A stretch of DNA of 64,000 bases from Rhodanobacter denitrificans (GCA_003241385.1 QFPO01000008.1:98759-162758); one strand, 5' to 3'. Positions 12,291 to 23,422 are shown, numbered from the stretch's first letter. Made by a program: numbers and translations. The notes: generated from the letters alone by a model not told the origin.

Positions 12291-13226
12291 TCAGTCGCCC
12301 ATCTGCTTCTGGCGATGCTCCCAGCGCTCCTGCGCGTCGAGACTCAGGGTCGCGATCGGCCGCGCTTCCAGGCGCTCCAGGCCGATCTCCTCGTCGGTCT
12401 CCTCACAGAAACCGTAACGGCCTTCCTCGATCCGCTTGAGCGCCTTGTCGATCTTGGCGATCAGCTTGCGGTAGCGGTCGCGGGTACGCAACTCGAGCGA
12501 GTTCTCGGTCTCGCGCGTCGCGCGCTCGGCCTCGTCACCGACGTCGCGGACTTCGTCGCGCAGATTCTCGATCGTCTGCTTGGATTCCTCGACCAGATCC
12601 TCGCGCCAGCGCTGCAGCTTCCGACGGAAGTACTCCAGGTGCTTGGGATTCATGTACTCCTCGCCGGCGGACGGCTTGAAGCCGGCCGGGAGGTCGATGC
12701 GCACGGTCGCCGGCAGGGCGTAATGGCCGTCCTGCAGGGTGATGCCCGAATCGGCGGCGTTCGGCACGACGGCGCGCGCCTTGACGCCTGCGGCGCTTGC
12801 TTTGCTGCTGATATTCGTACTACTCACGGCACCCTTGGATTTGCTGGTTTCAGCTGGCGGTTGAGGCGCCGGCGGCGGCGATTTCGCTGCCGGTGCCGGT
12901 TTGGCTTTGGCGACCGTCCTGGCCTGGACCGGGGCCTTCTTGACCACCGGCGACGGCTTGGCGGCCGGCTTGGCGGACGAGGCAGCCGGCTTGGCCGGCG
13001 CGGGCGCGGGCTTGGCTGCCGCTCGCGCGGCCGGCTTGACCGTCTTGGCGGCCTTGACCGCCTTCTTGGCCGGTGCCGGCGCGGGCTTCTTGACGACCGC
13101 CGTCTTCTTGGCCGGCGGCTTGGCCGCCTTCTTCACGGCCGTCTTCGCGCCCGCCCCCACCGCCTTGGCCTTCGGCGCAGGCTTGGCCTTGCCGACAGCC
13201 GCGGATTTTCCTTTGGATTTCGCCAT
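12291..13226 (-). CDS. dksA: RNA polymerase-binding protein DksA with long Lys/Ala/Pro-rich N-terminal extension
   Basis: EEYMNPKHLEYFR, GDEAERA, LELRTRDRYRKLIAKI, YGFCEETDEEIGLERLEARPIATLSLDAQ. Start placed at MAKSKGK. Confidence 0.95.
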   Translation of the reverse strand: MAKSKGKSAAVGKAKPAPKAKAVGAGAKTAVKKAAKPPAKKTAVVKKPAPAPAKKAVKAAKTVKPAARAAAKPAPAPAKPAASSAKPAAKPSPVVKKAPVQARTVAKAKPAPAAKSPPPAPQPPAETSKSKGAVSSTNISSKASAAGVKARAVVPNAADSGITLQDGHYALPATVRIDLPAGFKPSAGEEYMNPKHLEYFRRKLQRWREDLVEESKQTIENLRDEVRDVGDEAERATRETENSLELRTRDRYRKLIAKIDKALKRIEEGRYGFCEETDEEIGLERLEARPIATLSLDAQERWEHRQKQMGD

Positions 13227-13259
13227 CTGCCTCATGACCTTGTGACTTGGCGGCGGGGT

Positions 13260-13288
13260 GTTATAGCCTAAGCCGCCTCCACCAGCAA
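13260..13288 (-). promoter_or_regulatory. Putative sigma70 promoter of dksA with GC-rich discriminator
   Basis: TTGCTG-17 nt-TATAAC followed by ACCCCGCC on the minus strand. Confidence 0.55.
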
Positions 13289-13326
13289 CCGCCGGGGCGG
13301 TCGCCTCCAGGCGAGTTGCCAGCAGC

Positions 13327-13596
13327 GTGCCGCGAGCCCTCATCTTCCTATTGGATTGTTACCAGCGCGGGTTGAGCCCGCTGCTCGGACGCCGCTGCCG
13401 CTTCCACCCGAGCTGCTCGCAGTACGCGCGCATCGCCGTGGCGCGCTTCGGCGGCCTGCGCGGCAGCTATCTGGCCGCGCTGCGCGTGCTGCGCTGTCAG
13501 CCGCTGTGCCGCGGCGGTCACGATCCGGTCCCGATGCGCTTCGTCTGGTGGCCGCGTCCCTCCGAACAACCGAACGGGGAACATCAGCATGAGTGA
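13327..13596 (+). CDS. yidD: Membrane protein insertion efficiency factor YidD
   Basis: [22 protein letters not shown]...RVLRCQP..GGHDPVP. Confidence 0.9.
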   Translation: MPRALIFLLDCYQRGLSPLLGRRCRFHPSCSQYARIAVARFGGLRGSYLAALRVLRCQPLCRGGHDPVPMRFVWWPRPSEQPNGEHQHE

Positions 13597-14923
13597 CTGG
13601 CTCATCGTCAATGCCGAGATGATCAACGAAGGCAGGCGCTTCCACGGCGACCTGCGCATCTGCAGCGGCCGCATCGACCAGATCGGCAGCGGCCTGTCGG
13701 CACGCGACGGCGAGCAGGTGCTCGACGCCGCCGGACGCTGGCTGATGCCGGGCATGATCGACGATCAGGTCCACTTCCGCGAGCCGGGCCTGGAACACAA
13801 GGCCGACATCGAGTCCGAGTCTCGCGCCTGCCTCGCCGGCGGCATCACCAGCTACATGGAGATGCCCAATACCAAGCCGCCGGCCGTCAACGCCGAGGCG
13901 GTCGCCGACAAGTACCGACGCGGGGCCGAGAAGTCGCGCGTCAACTACGGCTTCTATCTCGGCGCCACCAACGACAACCTCGAGGACATCCGCCGGCTCG
14001 ATCCGCGCAGCGTACCCGGCATCAAGATCTTCATGGGCTCCTCGACCGGCAACATGCTGGTCGACGATCCGGCCACGCTCGAGGCGATCTTCCGCGAGGC
14101 GCCGACGCCGATCATCACGCATTGCGAAGACACGCCGATGATCGACGCCAACGAGGCGCGCGCGCGCGAACGCTGGGGTGAGGACATCCCGCCCGAGCAA
14201 CATCCGCTGATCCGCTCGCGCGAGGCCTGCATCAAGTCCACGCGCCTGGCGCTGGACCTGGCGCGGCGGCACGGCACGCGCCTGCACGTGCTGCATCTGT
14301 CCACCGCCGAGGAAGTCGCGCTGTTCGAGCCGGGCCCGGTCGCCGGCAAGCGCATCACCGCCGAGACCTGCGTGCACTTCCTGCATTTCAGCGACGAGGA
14401 CTACGCGCGGCTCGGCCATCTGATCAAGTGCAATCCGGCGATCAAGACCGCCGCCGACCGCGACGCGATCCTGACCGCGCTGGCCGAGACCCGCGTCGAC
14501 GTGCTCGCGACCGATCACGCGCCGCATCTGCTCGAGGAGAAGCGCCATCCGTACACCTCGGCGCCGTCGGGCCTGCCGCTGGTGCAGTTCGCGCTGCAGT
14601 GCGCGCTGGAGCGCGTGTTCGACGGGCGGCTGACGCTCGAGCGCGCGGTCGAGGCGGTCACGCACGCGCCGGCGACGCTGTTCGACGTGCACGAGCGCGG
14701 CTATCTGCGCGAGGGCTATGCCGCCGATCTGACCCTGGTCGACCCGGCCCGGCCGCAGACCGTGCGGCGCGAGGACGTGCTGTCCAAATGCGGCTGGTCG
14801 CCGTTCGAGGGCACGACGTTCCGGTCGAGCATCGCGGCCACGTTCGTCAACGGCCGGCTCGGCTATCGCGACGGCCGGCTCGACGACACCACGCGCGGCA
14901 CACGGCTGGAATTCGCGCGGTGA
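13589..14923 (+). CDS. pyrC: Dihydroorotase (long type)
   Basis: [44 protein letters not shown]. Confidence 0.9.
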   Translation: MSDWLIVNAEMINEGRRFHGDLRICSGRIDQIGSGLSARDGEQVLDAAGRWLMPGMIDDQVHFREPGLEHKADIESESRACLAGGITSYMEMPNTKPPAVNAEAVADKYRRGAEKSRVNYGFYLGATNDNLEDIRRLDPRSVPGIKIFMGSSTGNMLVDDPATLEAIFREAPTPIITHCEDTPMIDANEARARERWGEDIPPEQHPLIRSREACIKSTRLALDLARRHGTRLHVLHLSTAEEVALFEPGPVAGKRITAETCVHFLHFSDEDYARLGHLIKCNPAIKTAADRDAILTALAETRVDVLATDHAPHLLEEKRHPYTSAPSGLPLVQFALQCALERVFDGRLTLERAVEAVTHAPATLFDVHERGYLREGYAADLTLVDPARPQTVRREDVLSKCGWSPFEGTTFRSSIAATFVNGRLGYRDGRLDDTTRGTRLEFAR

Positions 14924-15741
14924 GGCGAGGCCTGCTGGCCTGCCTGCTCGGCATCGCCGCGGCAGGCTCGGTCGCCGCGGCCGACGAGTCCCGCATCGTC
15001 TTCCCGCCGCGCGCCTCGCAGGGCGCGCTGGTGATCGGCAAGGTGCCGCCGGGCGCGAGCGTGCACTACGCGGGACGCACGCTGCGCGTCAGTCCGTACG
15101 GCAGCGTCGTGTTCGGCATCGGCCGCGACGAGCGCGGTCCGCTGAGCGTGTCGGTCGAGCATCCGGACGGCAGCCGGCGCGAGCTGCGCATCGACGTGGA
15201 CGCCCGCGACTGGCCGGTCGAACGCGTCGACGGCGTGCCGCCGAAGACGGTCGAGCCGCCGCCCGAGATCGCCGAGCGGATCCGCCGCGAGCAGGCGCGC
15301 GTCGCCGAGGCGCGCCTGCTCGACGGCACCCATACCGATTTCGCGTCGGCGTTCGTGCAGCCGGTCAGCGGACGCATCAGCGGACGCTTCGGCCGCCAGC
15401 GCGTCTACAACGGCAAGCCCGGTTCGGCGCATTCGGGCATGGACGTGGCGGCACCGGCCGGCACGCCGGTCGTGGCGCCGGCCGGCGGCATCGTGACGTT
15501 CGCCGCCCCGGACCTGTACCTGACCGGCGGCACCGTCGTCCTCGACCACGGCTACGGCATCAGCTCGAACTTCCTGCATCTGTCGCGGATCGACGTCGCG
15601 GTCGGCGACCGCGTCGAGCAGGGCGGCGTGATCGGCGCCGTCGGCGCGACCGGACGCGCGACCGGCCCGCATCTGCACTGGGGCATGAACTGGTTCGACG
15701 TGCGCATCGATCCGCAGCTGGTGCTGCAGCGCCCGCGCTGA
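14920..15741 (+). CDS. Exported M23 family metallopeptidase
   Basis: GTG overlaps the pyrC stop; signal peptide [25 protein letters not shown] and HLH motifs. Confidence 0.9.
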   Translation: MRRGLLACLLGIAAAGSVAAADESRIVFPPRASQGALVIGKVPPGASVHYAGRTLRVSPYGSVVFGIGRDERGPLSVSVEHPDGSRRELRIDVDARDWPVERVDGVPPKTVEPPPEIAERIRREQARVAEARLLDGTHTDFASAFVQPVSGRISGRFGRQRVYNGKPGSAHSGMDVAAPAGTPVVAPAGGIVTFAAPDLYLTGGTVVLDHGYGISSNFLHLSRIDVAVGDRVEQGGVIGAVGATGRATGPHLHWGMNWFDVRIDPQLVLQRPR

Positions 15742-15818
15742 CCCACGGCGTCACGGCGCCGTCGCGATCGGCGCCGATGATGGACAATGCGCGCCTCGCG
15801 TCCGCCGGAGCCTGCCCG

Positions 15819-17894
15819 ATGTCCCCGATCGCTCTTCTCGCCGCCGCCGGCCGCGCGCTGGCCGTTCGCATCGCGGCCGCGCGCAGCCTCGCGATCGCGG
15901 CGCTGCTCGCCGCCGTGCTGACGGCCGGCTGCGCGAGCGAGCGCACGCGCCGCGACGCGACGCGCGCCGGCGAGGAGGACGCGCGTGCGACGCTGGCGAT
16001 CCTCGAATCGACCGACATCCACGCCAACGTGCTCAGCTACGACTACTACAAGCTGGCCGAAGATCCTTCGATCGGATTCGAGCGCCTGGCGACGCTGATC
16101 CGCGCGGCGCGCGCCGAATACGAGAACAGCCTGCTGTTCGACGGCGGCGACACGATCCAGGGCACCGCACTGGCCGACTGGCAGGCGCTGGCCGCGCCGC
16201 TGCCGTGCGATCGCAAGCTGGCCGTCTACAAGGCGATGGACGCGCTCGGCTACGACGGCGGCGTGATCGGCAATCACGAGTTCAACTACGGCCTGCCGTA
16301 TCTGGCGCAGGTGACCGGGCGGCGGCTGCAGGCCGAGGGCGCCGATCTTCGCACCTGCAACGGTCCGGACTTCCCGCTGGTGCTGGCCAACGTGATCGCG
16401 ACGCGCGACGGCGAGCCGCTGTTCGCGCCGACCGCGCTGCTCGAGCGCCGCATCAAGGCACGCGACCGCGACGGCCGCCAGCGCGACCTGCCGATCCGGA
16501 TCGGCATCATCGGCTTCACACCGCCGCCGATCATGATCTGGGACCGCAACCACCTCGAAGGCCGGGTCACCGCGCTCGGCCTGGTCGAGGCCTCGCGCCG
16601 CTACGCGCCGGCATTGCGCGCGCAGGGTGCCGACCTGATCGTCGCGATCTCGCACGGCGGCATCAATCCGGGTCCGTATTCGCCGCAGATGGAGAACGCG
16701 AACTGGCATCTCGCGCAGGAGCCGGACATCGACGTGCTGCTGCTCGGCCATTCGCACCAGGCATTCCCGGCACCCGGCGACGCACGCTCGCATTACAACG
16801 ACATGCCCGGCGTCGACAACCGGCGCGGCTTCATCCACGGCAAGCCGGCCGTCATGGGCAACTTCTGGGGCAAGAGCCTCGGCGTCATCGAGCTCGGCCT
16901 GGTCCGGCGCGGCGGCCGCTGGGCGATCGATCCCGACGCGACGCATGCCGAGGTGCGCGACATCCGCCGTGCCGACGGCAGCTTCGTCGCGCCGGACCCG
17001 GCGATACGCGAGCTGGTCCGCGACGAGCATCAGGGCGCGATCGACTACGTCTCCACGCCGATCGGCGACAGCGATTTCGCGCTGACGACCTACTTCGCCG
17101 CGGTCGGCGACGTCACCGCGCTGCAGCCGGTCAATACCGCGCAGCGGCAGTGGATCGAGCGCTACATCGCGGCCGAGCTGCCGCAGTACGCGGGCATTCC
17201 GGTGCTGTCGGCGGCCGCGCCGTTCAAGGTCGGCTTCGGCGGCGCGACCGACTACGCCGCGATCGAGGCCGGTTCGCTCGCGATCCGCAACGCGGCCGAT
17301 CTGTACCCGTATCCGAACACGCTGACCGCGGTCAGGATCGACGGCGCCGGCCTCAAGGCCTGGCTCGAGCGCTCGGCCGGCTACTTCAACCGCATCGATC
17401 CGGAACGAGAGGCACCGCAGGAGCTGATCAATCGCGGCCATGCCGGCTACAACTTCGACGTGATCCAGGGCGGCATCCGCTACGTCATCGACGTCACGCG
17501 GCCCGAGGGCGAGCGCATCGTCGATCTGCGCTACCGCGGCCGCCCGGTCGATCCGGCCGAACCGTTCATCGTCGCGACCAACAACTACCGCGCCAGCGGC
17601 GGCGGCGACTTTCCGGGGCTGGACGGCTCGACCATCGTCGTCGAGGCCGCGGTCGCCAACCGCGACGCGCTGATCGAGTGGATGCGCGCGCGCCGGCATC
17701 TGAGCCGCGAAGAGGACGGCGCCGAACGATCCTGGCGCTTCGCCGCGGTCCGCACCGCCGGCCCGGTGATCTTCCGCTCCGCGGCAGGCCGGATCGATCT
17801 GGCGCATGCCGCCGGCCTCGACTTCGTGCATTCGCTCGGCGAGACCGCCGCCGGCATGGAGACCTACCGGATTGATCTGGGCGCCGCACGCTGA
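15819..17894 (+). CDS. cpdB: 2',3'-cyclic-nucleotide 2'-phosphodiesterase/3'-nucleotidase, probable lipoprotein
   Basis: TDIH, GDTIQG, GNHEFNYG, GHSH, LSAAAPFK, YPYPNTL, ATNNYRASGGG; lipobox LTAGC. Start uncertain. Confidence 0.88.
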   Translation: MSPIALLAAAGRALAVRIAAARSLAIAALLAAVLTAGCASERTRRDATRAGEEDARATLAILESTDIHANVLSYDYYKLAEDPSIGFERLATLIRAARAEYENSLLFDGGDTIQGTALADWQALAAPLPCDRKLAVYKAMDALGYDGGVIGNHEFNYGLPYLAQVTGRRLQAEGADLRTCNGPDFPLVLANVIATRDGEPLFAPTALLERRIKARDRDGRQRDLPIRIGIIGFTPPPIMIWDRNHLEGRVTALGLVEASRRYAPALRAQGADLIVAISHGGINPGPYSPQMENANWHLAQEPDIDVLLLGHSHQAFPAPGDARSHYNDMPGVDNRRGFIHGKPAVMGNFWGKSLGVIELGLVRRGGRWAIDPDATHAEVRDIRRADGSFVAPDPAIRELVRDEHQGAIDYVSTPIGDSDFALTTYFAAVGDVTALQPVNTAQRQWIERYIAAELPQYAGIPVLSAAAPFKVGFGGATDYAAIEAGSLAIRNAADLYPYPNTLTAVRIDGAGLKAWLERSAGYFNRIDPEREAPQELINRGHAGYNFDVIQGGIRYVIDVTRPEGERIVDLRYRGRPVDPAEPFIVATNNYRASGGGDFPGLDGSTIVVEAAVANRDALIEWMRARRHLSREEDGAERSWRFAAVRTAGPVIFRSAAGRIDLAHAAGLDFVHSLGETAAGMETYRIDLGAAR

Positions 17895-17973
17895 ACGAAG
17901 GCGTGCGGCAGTGGACGGGTGTCGCCGCGCCGCTGCGTTTATGCTTCGGTCTTTGTCCGACCGGGAACCGCGC

Positions 17974-19503
17974 GTGAAACCGATCGTCTCCGTTCGCCAC
18001 GGCCGCCTGCTGCCGCTGACCGCCCTCGCCGCCGCGCTCGCGCTGGGCCTGCCGCTGCCGGCGTCCGCCGCCGGCGACGCGCCGGCCTGGCCGCTCAGCG
18101 GCGAGCGGCGCGATCAGATGACGCCGCTCAAGGCGCAGCGCGAGGCGCTGCGGCGGCTGCGCCGCGCCGATGTGCCGGCCGGCGGCGCGACGCGGAACGT
18201 GACCAACTGCGACGACGACGGTCCCGGCTCGCTGCGCGCCGAGGTCGCCGCGGCGGCCAGCGGCGATCGCATCGATCTGGCCGCGCTGGCCTGCAGCCGC
18301 ATCACGCTGACCACCGGCGCGATCGAGATCGAGGTCGACGACCTGACCCTGAGCGGGCCGGGCCGCAGCCGCCTGGTCGTCGACGGCAGCGGCAGCCAGG
18401 ACCGCGTGCTGATCCATGTCGGCTCGGGCGACCTCGTGATCGAGGATCTGACGATCGCCAACGGCCATCCGATCGCCGACGGCACGCGCGTCGGCTACGG
18501 CGGCTGCATCGCCTCGGTCGAGAACGTCGTGCTGACGCGCAGCACGGTCAGCGGCTGCACCGCGCAGGGTGTCGGCAGCTACGGCGGCGGCATCCTCGCC
18601 GAGCGGCTGACGATGCGCGAGAGCACGCTGTCCGGCAACGTCGCATTCGGCGACCATCCGACCAACAGCACGGCGGCCTACGGCGGCGGTGCGTTCGTAT
18701 ACGAGGTCGACATCCAGGACAGCACGATCGCCGGCAACCAGGCGCGCGGTACGCACAATCCGCCGCTGACGCGCTGGGAGATCGGCGGCGGCCTGTTCAT
18801 CGCCGGCGGCGGCACGATCGAGCGCACGACGATCGAGCACAACCTGTCCTATCTCTATGCCGGCGGCCTCGCCAACGAGGACGACGTGATCCTGCGCAAC
18901 TCCACGGTATCGGGCAACGTCGCGCGCGACGGCGACGGCGGCGGCCTCAGGATCCGCCGCTTCACCTCGCTGCTGCTCGAGAACTCGACCGTGACCGACA
19001 ACAGCGCCGGCACCGCCGGCGGCGGCATCTCGTTCGCGCGCTATGCGCGCCCCTCGACGCTGCGCAGCTCGATCGTCGCCGGCAATGCCGCCCCGGTCGC
19101 CGCGCAGGCCGATCTGACCGCGGTCGAGCCGCTGCCGATCGGCGGCTCGCACAACCTGATCAGGCGCTCCTCTGGCCTGCTGCAGCTGCCGGCCGACACG
19201 CTCGATGCCGACCCGCTGCTGCAGCCGCTCGCGGCCAACGGCGGCTACGGCCGCACGCATGCGTTCACGACGCTGAGTCCGATCTACAACCGCGGTGAGA
19301 ACAGCGCCGGCCTCGGCAGCGATCAGCGCGGCGCTCCGTGGCAACGCGACGTCGGCGGCGCGCCGGACATCGGCGCGCTCGAACTGCAGCGCGATCCGAC
19401 GCCGGCCGAACCGGTTCCGACGCTGTCGGCCTGGACGACCGCGCTGCTGGCCGGTCTGCTGGCCTGGCTCGGCCGGCGCCGCTACGCGTCGCGGCCGCGC
19501 TGA
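17974..19503 (+). CDS. Secreted beta-helix (GGG/N repeat) protein with choice-of-anchor-Q-like domain and IPTL-CTERM-like sorting signal
   Basis: Signal peptide; VTNCDDDGPGSLR; repeated YGGG..N; DPLLQPLAANGG...DQRG...PDIGALE; ends PVPTLSAWTTALLAGLLAWLGRRR. Confidence 0.85.
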   Translation: MKPIVSVRHGRLLPLTALAAALALGLPLPASAAGDAPAWPLSGERRDQMTPLKAQREALRRLRRADVPAGGATRNVTNCDDDGPGSLRAEVAAAASGDRIDLAALACSRITLTTGAIEIEVDDLTLSGPGRSRLVVDGSGSQDRVLIHVGSGDLVIEDLTIANGHPIADGTRVGYGGCIASVENVVLTRSTVSGCTAQGVGSYGGGILAERLTMRESTLSGNVAFGDHPTNSTAAYGGGAFVYEVDIQDSTIAGNQARGTHNPPLTRWEIGGGLFIAGGGTIERTTIEHNLSYLYAGGLANEDDVILRNSTVSGNVARDGDGGGLRIRRFTSLLLENSTVTDNSAGTAGGGISFARYARPSTLRSSIVAGNAAPVAAQADLTAVEPLPIGGSHNLIRRSSGLLQLPADTLDADPLLQPLAANGGYGRTHAFTTLSPIYNRGENSAGLGSDQRGAPWQRDVGGAPDIGALELQRDPTPAEPVPTLSAWTTALLAGLLAWLGRRRYASRPR

Positions 19504-19728
19504 CGGTGCCGTCCCGCGTCGCGGCGCCGGCCGTACCGGCGCGGCCGGTCCGGCGCTTCGCCGGCTGCGCGGTTGACTCCGCGCCGGATGCCTCCATCTG
19601 GAGCGGCTCCGCGATCAACCGCCGATGACCGACCTCCCGTTCCCACCCTCGCGCGCCGTGTGCGCGATCCGCAGCCGCCGTGCGCGCGCGACGGTTCTGT
19701 GCGCGCGCCGCGCCGCAGGTCTCGGCCG

Positions 19729-21498
19729 ATGAATGCACCGGGCGGCGTGCTGAGCGTGGCCCGCCGGCTCTGGCCGGAGGTCTGGACGCATCGCCGCCGC
19801 GTCGGCGTGGCGCTGGCGTTCCTGGTCGCGGCCAAGCTCGCCGCGATCGGCGTACCGCTGCTGCTCAAGCAACTGGTCGACACGCTCGACCGCACGCCGG
19901 CGCCGCTGGCGGTGCCGCTCGGCCTGCTGATCGGCTACGGCGCCCTGCGTCTGGCGACGACGCTGTTCCAGGAGCTGCGCCAGGTCGTGTTCGCGCGCGT
20001 GCTGGCGCGCACGTCGCGGCAGATCACGCTGCGCGCGTTCGAGCACCTGCACGCGCTGAGCCTGCGCTTCCATCTGGGCCGCCGCACCGGCGCGGTCGCG
20101 CGCGACGTCGAGCGCGGCATGACCGCAGTGTCGGACCTGCTCGACTGGACGCTGTACACGATCCTGCCGACCCTGCTCGAGGTCACCCTGGTCTGCAGCT
20201 TCCTGATCGTGCGCTACGACTGGACGTTCGCGCTGATCACGCTGTCGACGCTGGCCGCCTACATCGCGTTCACGTTCGCGGTCACCGAATGGCGGATCCG
20301 CTACTACCGCGCGGCCAAGGACTCGGACACCGAGGCCAATGCGCGCGCGGTCGATTCGCTGCTGAACTACGAGACCGTCAAGTACTTCGGCAACGAGCAG
20401 CACGAGCTGCGCCGCTACGACGCCAGCCTGATCGGCTACGAGAACGCGACCGTCAAGAGCCTCAAGACGCTGGCCCTGCTCAACGTCGGCCAGTCGGCGA
20501 TCGTCGGCATCGGCCTGACCCTGCTGCTGTGGCGCGCCGCGGCCGGCGTCGTGGCCGGCACGATGAGCCTGGGCGACCTGGTCCTCGTCAACGCGTTCCT
20601 GCTGCAGCTGTCGGTGCCGCTGAACTACCTCGGCATGGTCTATCGCGAGGTCAAGCAGGCGCTCGTCAACATCGAGCGCATGTTCGAGCTGATCGCCGAA
20701 CCGCAGGAAGTCGCCGACGTCCCCAGCGCACCGGCGCTCGCGGTGCGCGGCGCCGAGGTGCGCTTCGAGCACGTCGACTTCGGCTACGACCCGGCGCGGC
20801 AGATCCTTTACGACGTCGACTTCACGATACCGGCCGGCCAGACCGTCGCCGTGGTCGGTACCAGCGGCGCCGGCAAGTCGACGCTGGCGCGCCTGCTATT
20901 CCGCTTCTACGACCCGACCGGCGGACGCATCACGGTCGACGGCCAGGACATCCGCGCGGTCGGCCAGGACTCGCTGCGCCGCGCGATCGGCATCGTCCCG
21001 CAGGACACCGTGCTGTTCAACGACAGCATCTACTACAACATCGCCTACGGACGCCCGGACGCCACGCGCAAGGAAGTCATCGCGGCGGCGCGCTCGGCGC
21101 ACATCCACGACTTCGTCGCCTCGCTGCCGGACGGCTACGACACCGCGGTCGGCGAACGCGGACTCAAGCTGTCGGGCGGCGAGAAGCAGCGCGTCGCGAT
21201 CGCGCGGACCGTGCTCAAGAACCCGTCGATCCTGGTGTTCGACGAGGCGACCAGCGCGCTCGACACGCGCACCGAGAAATCGATCCAGGCCGAGCTCGCC
21301 GCGATCGCGCGCGAGCGCACGACGCTGATCATCGCGCACCGGCTGTCGACGATCGTCCACGCCGACCGCATCATCGTGCTCGACCACGGCCGCATCGTCG
21401 AGAGCGGCAGCCATGCCGAGCTGCTCGCGCGCGGCGGCCGCTACGCCCAGCTCTGGGCGCTGCAGCAGCGCGAACGCGACTCGGCCGTGCCGGCCTGA
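19729..21498 (+). CDS. ABC transporter, fused permease/ATPase, Atm1/ABCB7 family
   Basis: [24 protein letters not shown], Walker [26 protein letters not shown]. Confidence 0.93.
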   Translation: MNAPGGVLSVARRLWPEVWTHRRRVGVALAFLVAAKLAAIGVPLLLKQLVDTLDRTPAPLAVPLGLLIGYGALRLATTLFQELRQVVFARVLARTSRQITLRAFEHLHALSLRFHLGRRTGAVARDVERGMTAVSDLLDWTLYTILPTLLEVTLVCSFLIVRYDWTFALITLSTLAAYIAFTFAVTEWRIRYYRAAKDSDTEANARAVDSLLNYETVKYFGNEQHELRRYDASLIGYENATVKSLKTLALLNVGQSAIVGIGLTLLLWRAAAGVVAGTMSLGDLVLVNAFLLQLSVPLNYLGMVYREVKQALVNIERMFELIAEPQEVADVPSAPALAVRGAEVRFEHVDFGYDPARQILYDVDFTIPAGQTVAVVGTSGAGKSTLARLLFRFYDPTGGRITVDGQDIRAVGQDSLRRAIGIVPQDTVLFNDSIYYNIAYGRPDATRKEVIAAARSAHIHDFVASLPDGYDTAVGERGLKLSGGEKQRVAIARTVLKNPSILVFDEATSALDTRTEKSIQAELAAIARERTTLIIAHRLSTIVHADRIIVLDHGRIVESGSHAELLARGGRYAQLWALQQRERDSAVPA

Positions 21499-21614
21499 TG
21501 CGGGCGCGCCGCCGCGCAGCCTGCGCCGCAGCGTGCTGCGACGTCCGCCACGGCAGCGTGGCCCGGGCGGCGCTATGATCCGGCGCCGCGCCCCGCGTCC
21601 GACCGGAGTCTTCG

Positions 21615-22781
21615 ATGCCTGCGTGTTCTCGCCCGGGATGGGCGATCGCCGTTCTGAGCGCGCTGGCGCTCGCCGCCTGTGAACGGCCCGCGGCGCCGGC
21701 CGCCGCCACGCCCACCGACTGCCTGACCCGCGCCGCGGCCGATCCGCCGACGCTGCCGTGGACCTCGCTGCATGCGCGCGACCTGGCCGCGGCGCCGCTC
21801 GACGCGGGCGGCCGCAGCTGCGTCTCCGGCGTGCTCGGCACGACCCCGTTCGCGATACCGCAGGCCTACGACGCGGTTCACGCGCCGGTGCAGAGGTTCC
21901 ACGGCGAAGACGCCGGCCTGCGACTCGGCGTGCCGGCGTTCGAGCACGGCCAGCTGGTCCGCCTCGACGCGGCGGCCGAGCGCGGCATCTGGCTGCTGCG
22001 GATCGGCACCGGCCTGGAGATGGAGGGCGGCCGTTACGATCTGCTGTTCACGACCGGCGCCGACGGACGCCTGCGCGACTCGCTGCTGATCGGCGCCGAC
22101 GGCGCGCGCTACCGCCGCGACGCGAATCTGCTGCGTGCCGACCGCTTCGCGGTGATCGAGCAGACCGGCCGCGAGGCGGCGCAGGGCCCGACCTATGCGG
22201 CCGCGTTCACGATCGGCCCGGACGGACGCATCGCGCTCGATCCGTCCGGCACCGCCGAGCTGCGCGCCGCGCTGCCCGCGGCGCCGGGCGGAGCGGACGA
22301 GACCGGCGCCGCCGACGAAGGTCCGGAGTTCGCGCAGTCGATCGAGGAGATCGACGGTGCGCCGGGCGATCTGGCGGCGATCCGCCGCGTGCTGTTCGCG
22401 GACGGGAACGTCGTCGAAGAATCGATCACGGCGGCCGCTCCGCCGGCCGCCGCGCACGCCGTGCTCGCGCTCGGCAGCAGCGGGATCGCCGGCTTCGAGC
22501 TGTCCGTGCTCGAACCGGCCGATGCGCAGCCGACCGCCGGACGTACCGTCTATCGCATCGCCAGCGTGTCGATTCCGGGCCCGCCGCGCGCACTCGGCGC
22601 GAAGGTCGGCACGATCGGCTGGGAACCGGCCGCACGCGGCGTGCTGATCACGCTGCCGATCGACTACGCATTCGAGCGGCCCGGCGGTGACGCGCGGACC
22701 GGCCAGCCCGACAGCGAGATCCTCACGCGCGTACTGCGCCTGCGCTACGCCGACGGCCAGCTGCACCGGAGCGACGGCTGA
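21615..22781 (+). CDS. Hypothetical lipoprotein
   Basis: Lipobox ALALAAC; gene-like codon usage; no recognised domain. Confidence 0.7.
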   Translation: MPACSRPGWAIAVLSALALAACERPAAPAAATPTDCLTRAAADPPTLPWTSLHARDLAAAPLDAGGRSCVSGVLGTTPFAIPQAYDAVHAPVQRFHGEDAGLRLGVPAFEHGQLVRLDAAAERGIWLLRIGTGLEMEGGRYDLLFTTGADGRLRDSLLIGADGARYRRDANLLRADRFAVIEQTGREAAQGPTYAAAFTIGPDGRIALDPSGTAELRAALPAAPGGADETGAADEGPEFAQSIEEIDGAPGDLAAIRRVLFADGNVVEESITAAAPPAAAHAVLALGSSGIAGFELSVLEPADAQPTAGRTVYRIASVSIPGPPRALGAKVGTIGWEPAARGVLITLPIDYAFERPGGDARTGQPDSEILTRVLRLRYADGQLHRSDG

Positions 22782-22783
22782 GC

Positions 22784-23422
22784 GTGGCCGACGCCCGCCC
22801 CGTGCAGTCGCCGGCGGCGCGCCTGCTCGCCGCCCTGCCCGACTCGATCACGGCGGCGATCTTCCTGTCGCTGTGGATCGCGCCGCTGTGGCTCGGCCGT
22901 GACGGCGTGCGCAACGCGATGCTGGTGATGCTGGTGGAGTTCGTCCTGGTCCACGCCTCGGTGTTTCTCGGCTCGGCCGTGCTCGGCACCGATTCGACCG
23001 CGCGCCGCCTCGCGACGCTGCTCGGCTTCACGCTGTTCTACGGGCTGTTCGTCGCCGCGTTCGCGTTCGCGTTCGAGGCCTGGTGGCCGTTCGCGGCGTT
23101 CGCATGGCTGCTGGTCGGCAAGGTGACGATCGCGCTCGACCGCAGCCGCAGCGCGCCGGCGCGTCTGCGCCGCATGCAGACCGAGCAGGGGCTGGCGACG
23201 ATCGCGTATCTGGGCGGCGTGTTCGCGACGACGCTGCTGCCGTTGCCGCGGCTCGGCCTCGGCGCCGACGTCGTGCCGCAGCTCGGTCTGCCCGGCGGCG
23301 GCCTCTGGGTCGACCGGCCGCATACGGTGATCGCGTTCGGCGTGTTCTATTTCGGCCTGCTCGCCTGGTCGAAATGGCGCGACTGGTCGCTGCCGGCCGC
23401 CAGACCGCCCGCAGCGGCCTGA
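22784..23422 (+). CDS. Hypothetical integral membrane protein (about 6 TM)
   Basis: Multiple hydrophobic segments (MLVEFVLVHAS...); starts 2 nt after the lipoprotein stop. Confidence 0.75.
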   Translation: MADARPVQSPAARLLAALPDSITAAIFLSLWIAPLWLGRDGVRNAMLVMLVEFVLVHASVFLGSAVLGTDSTARRLATLLGFTLFYGLFVAAFAFAFEAWWPFAAFAWLLVGKVTIALDRSRSAPARLRRMQTEQGLATIAYLGGVFATTLLPLPRLGLGADVVPQLGLPGGGLWVDRPHTVIAFGVFYFGLLAWSKWRDWSLPAARPPAAA

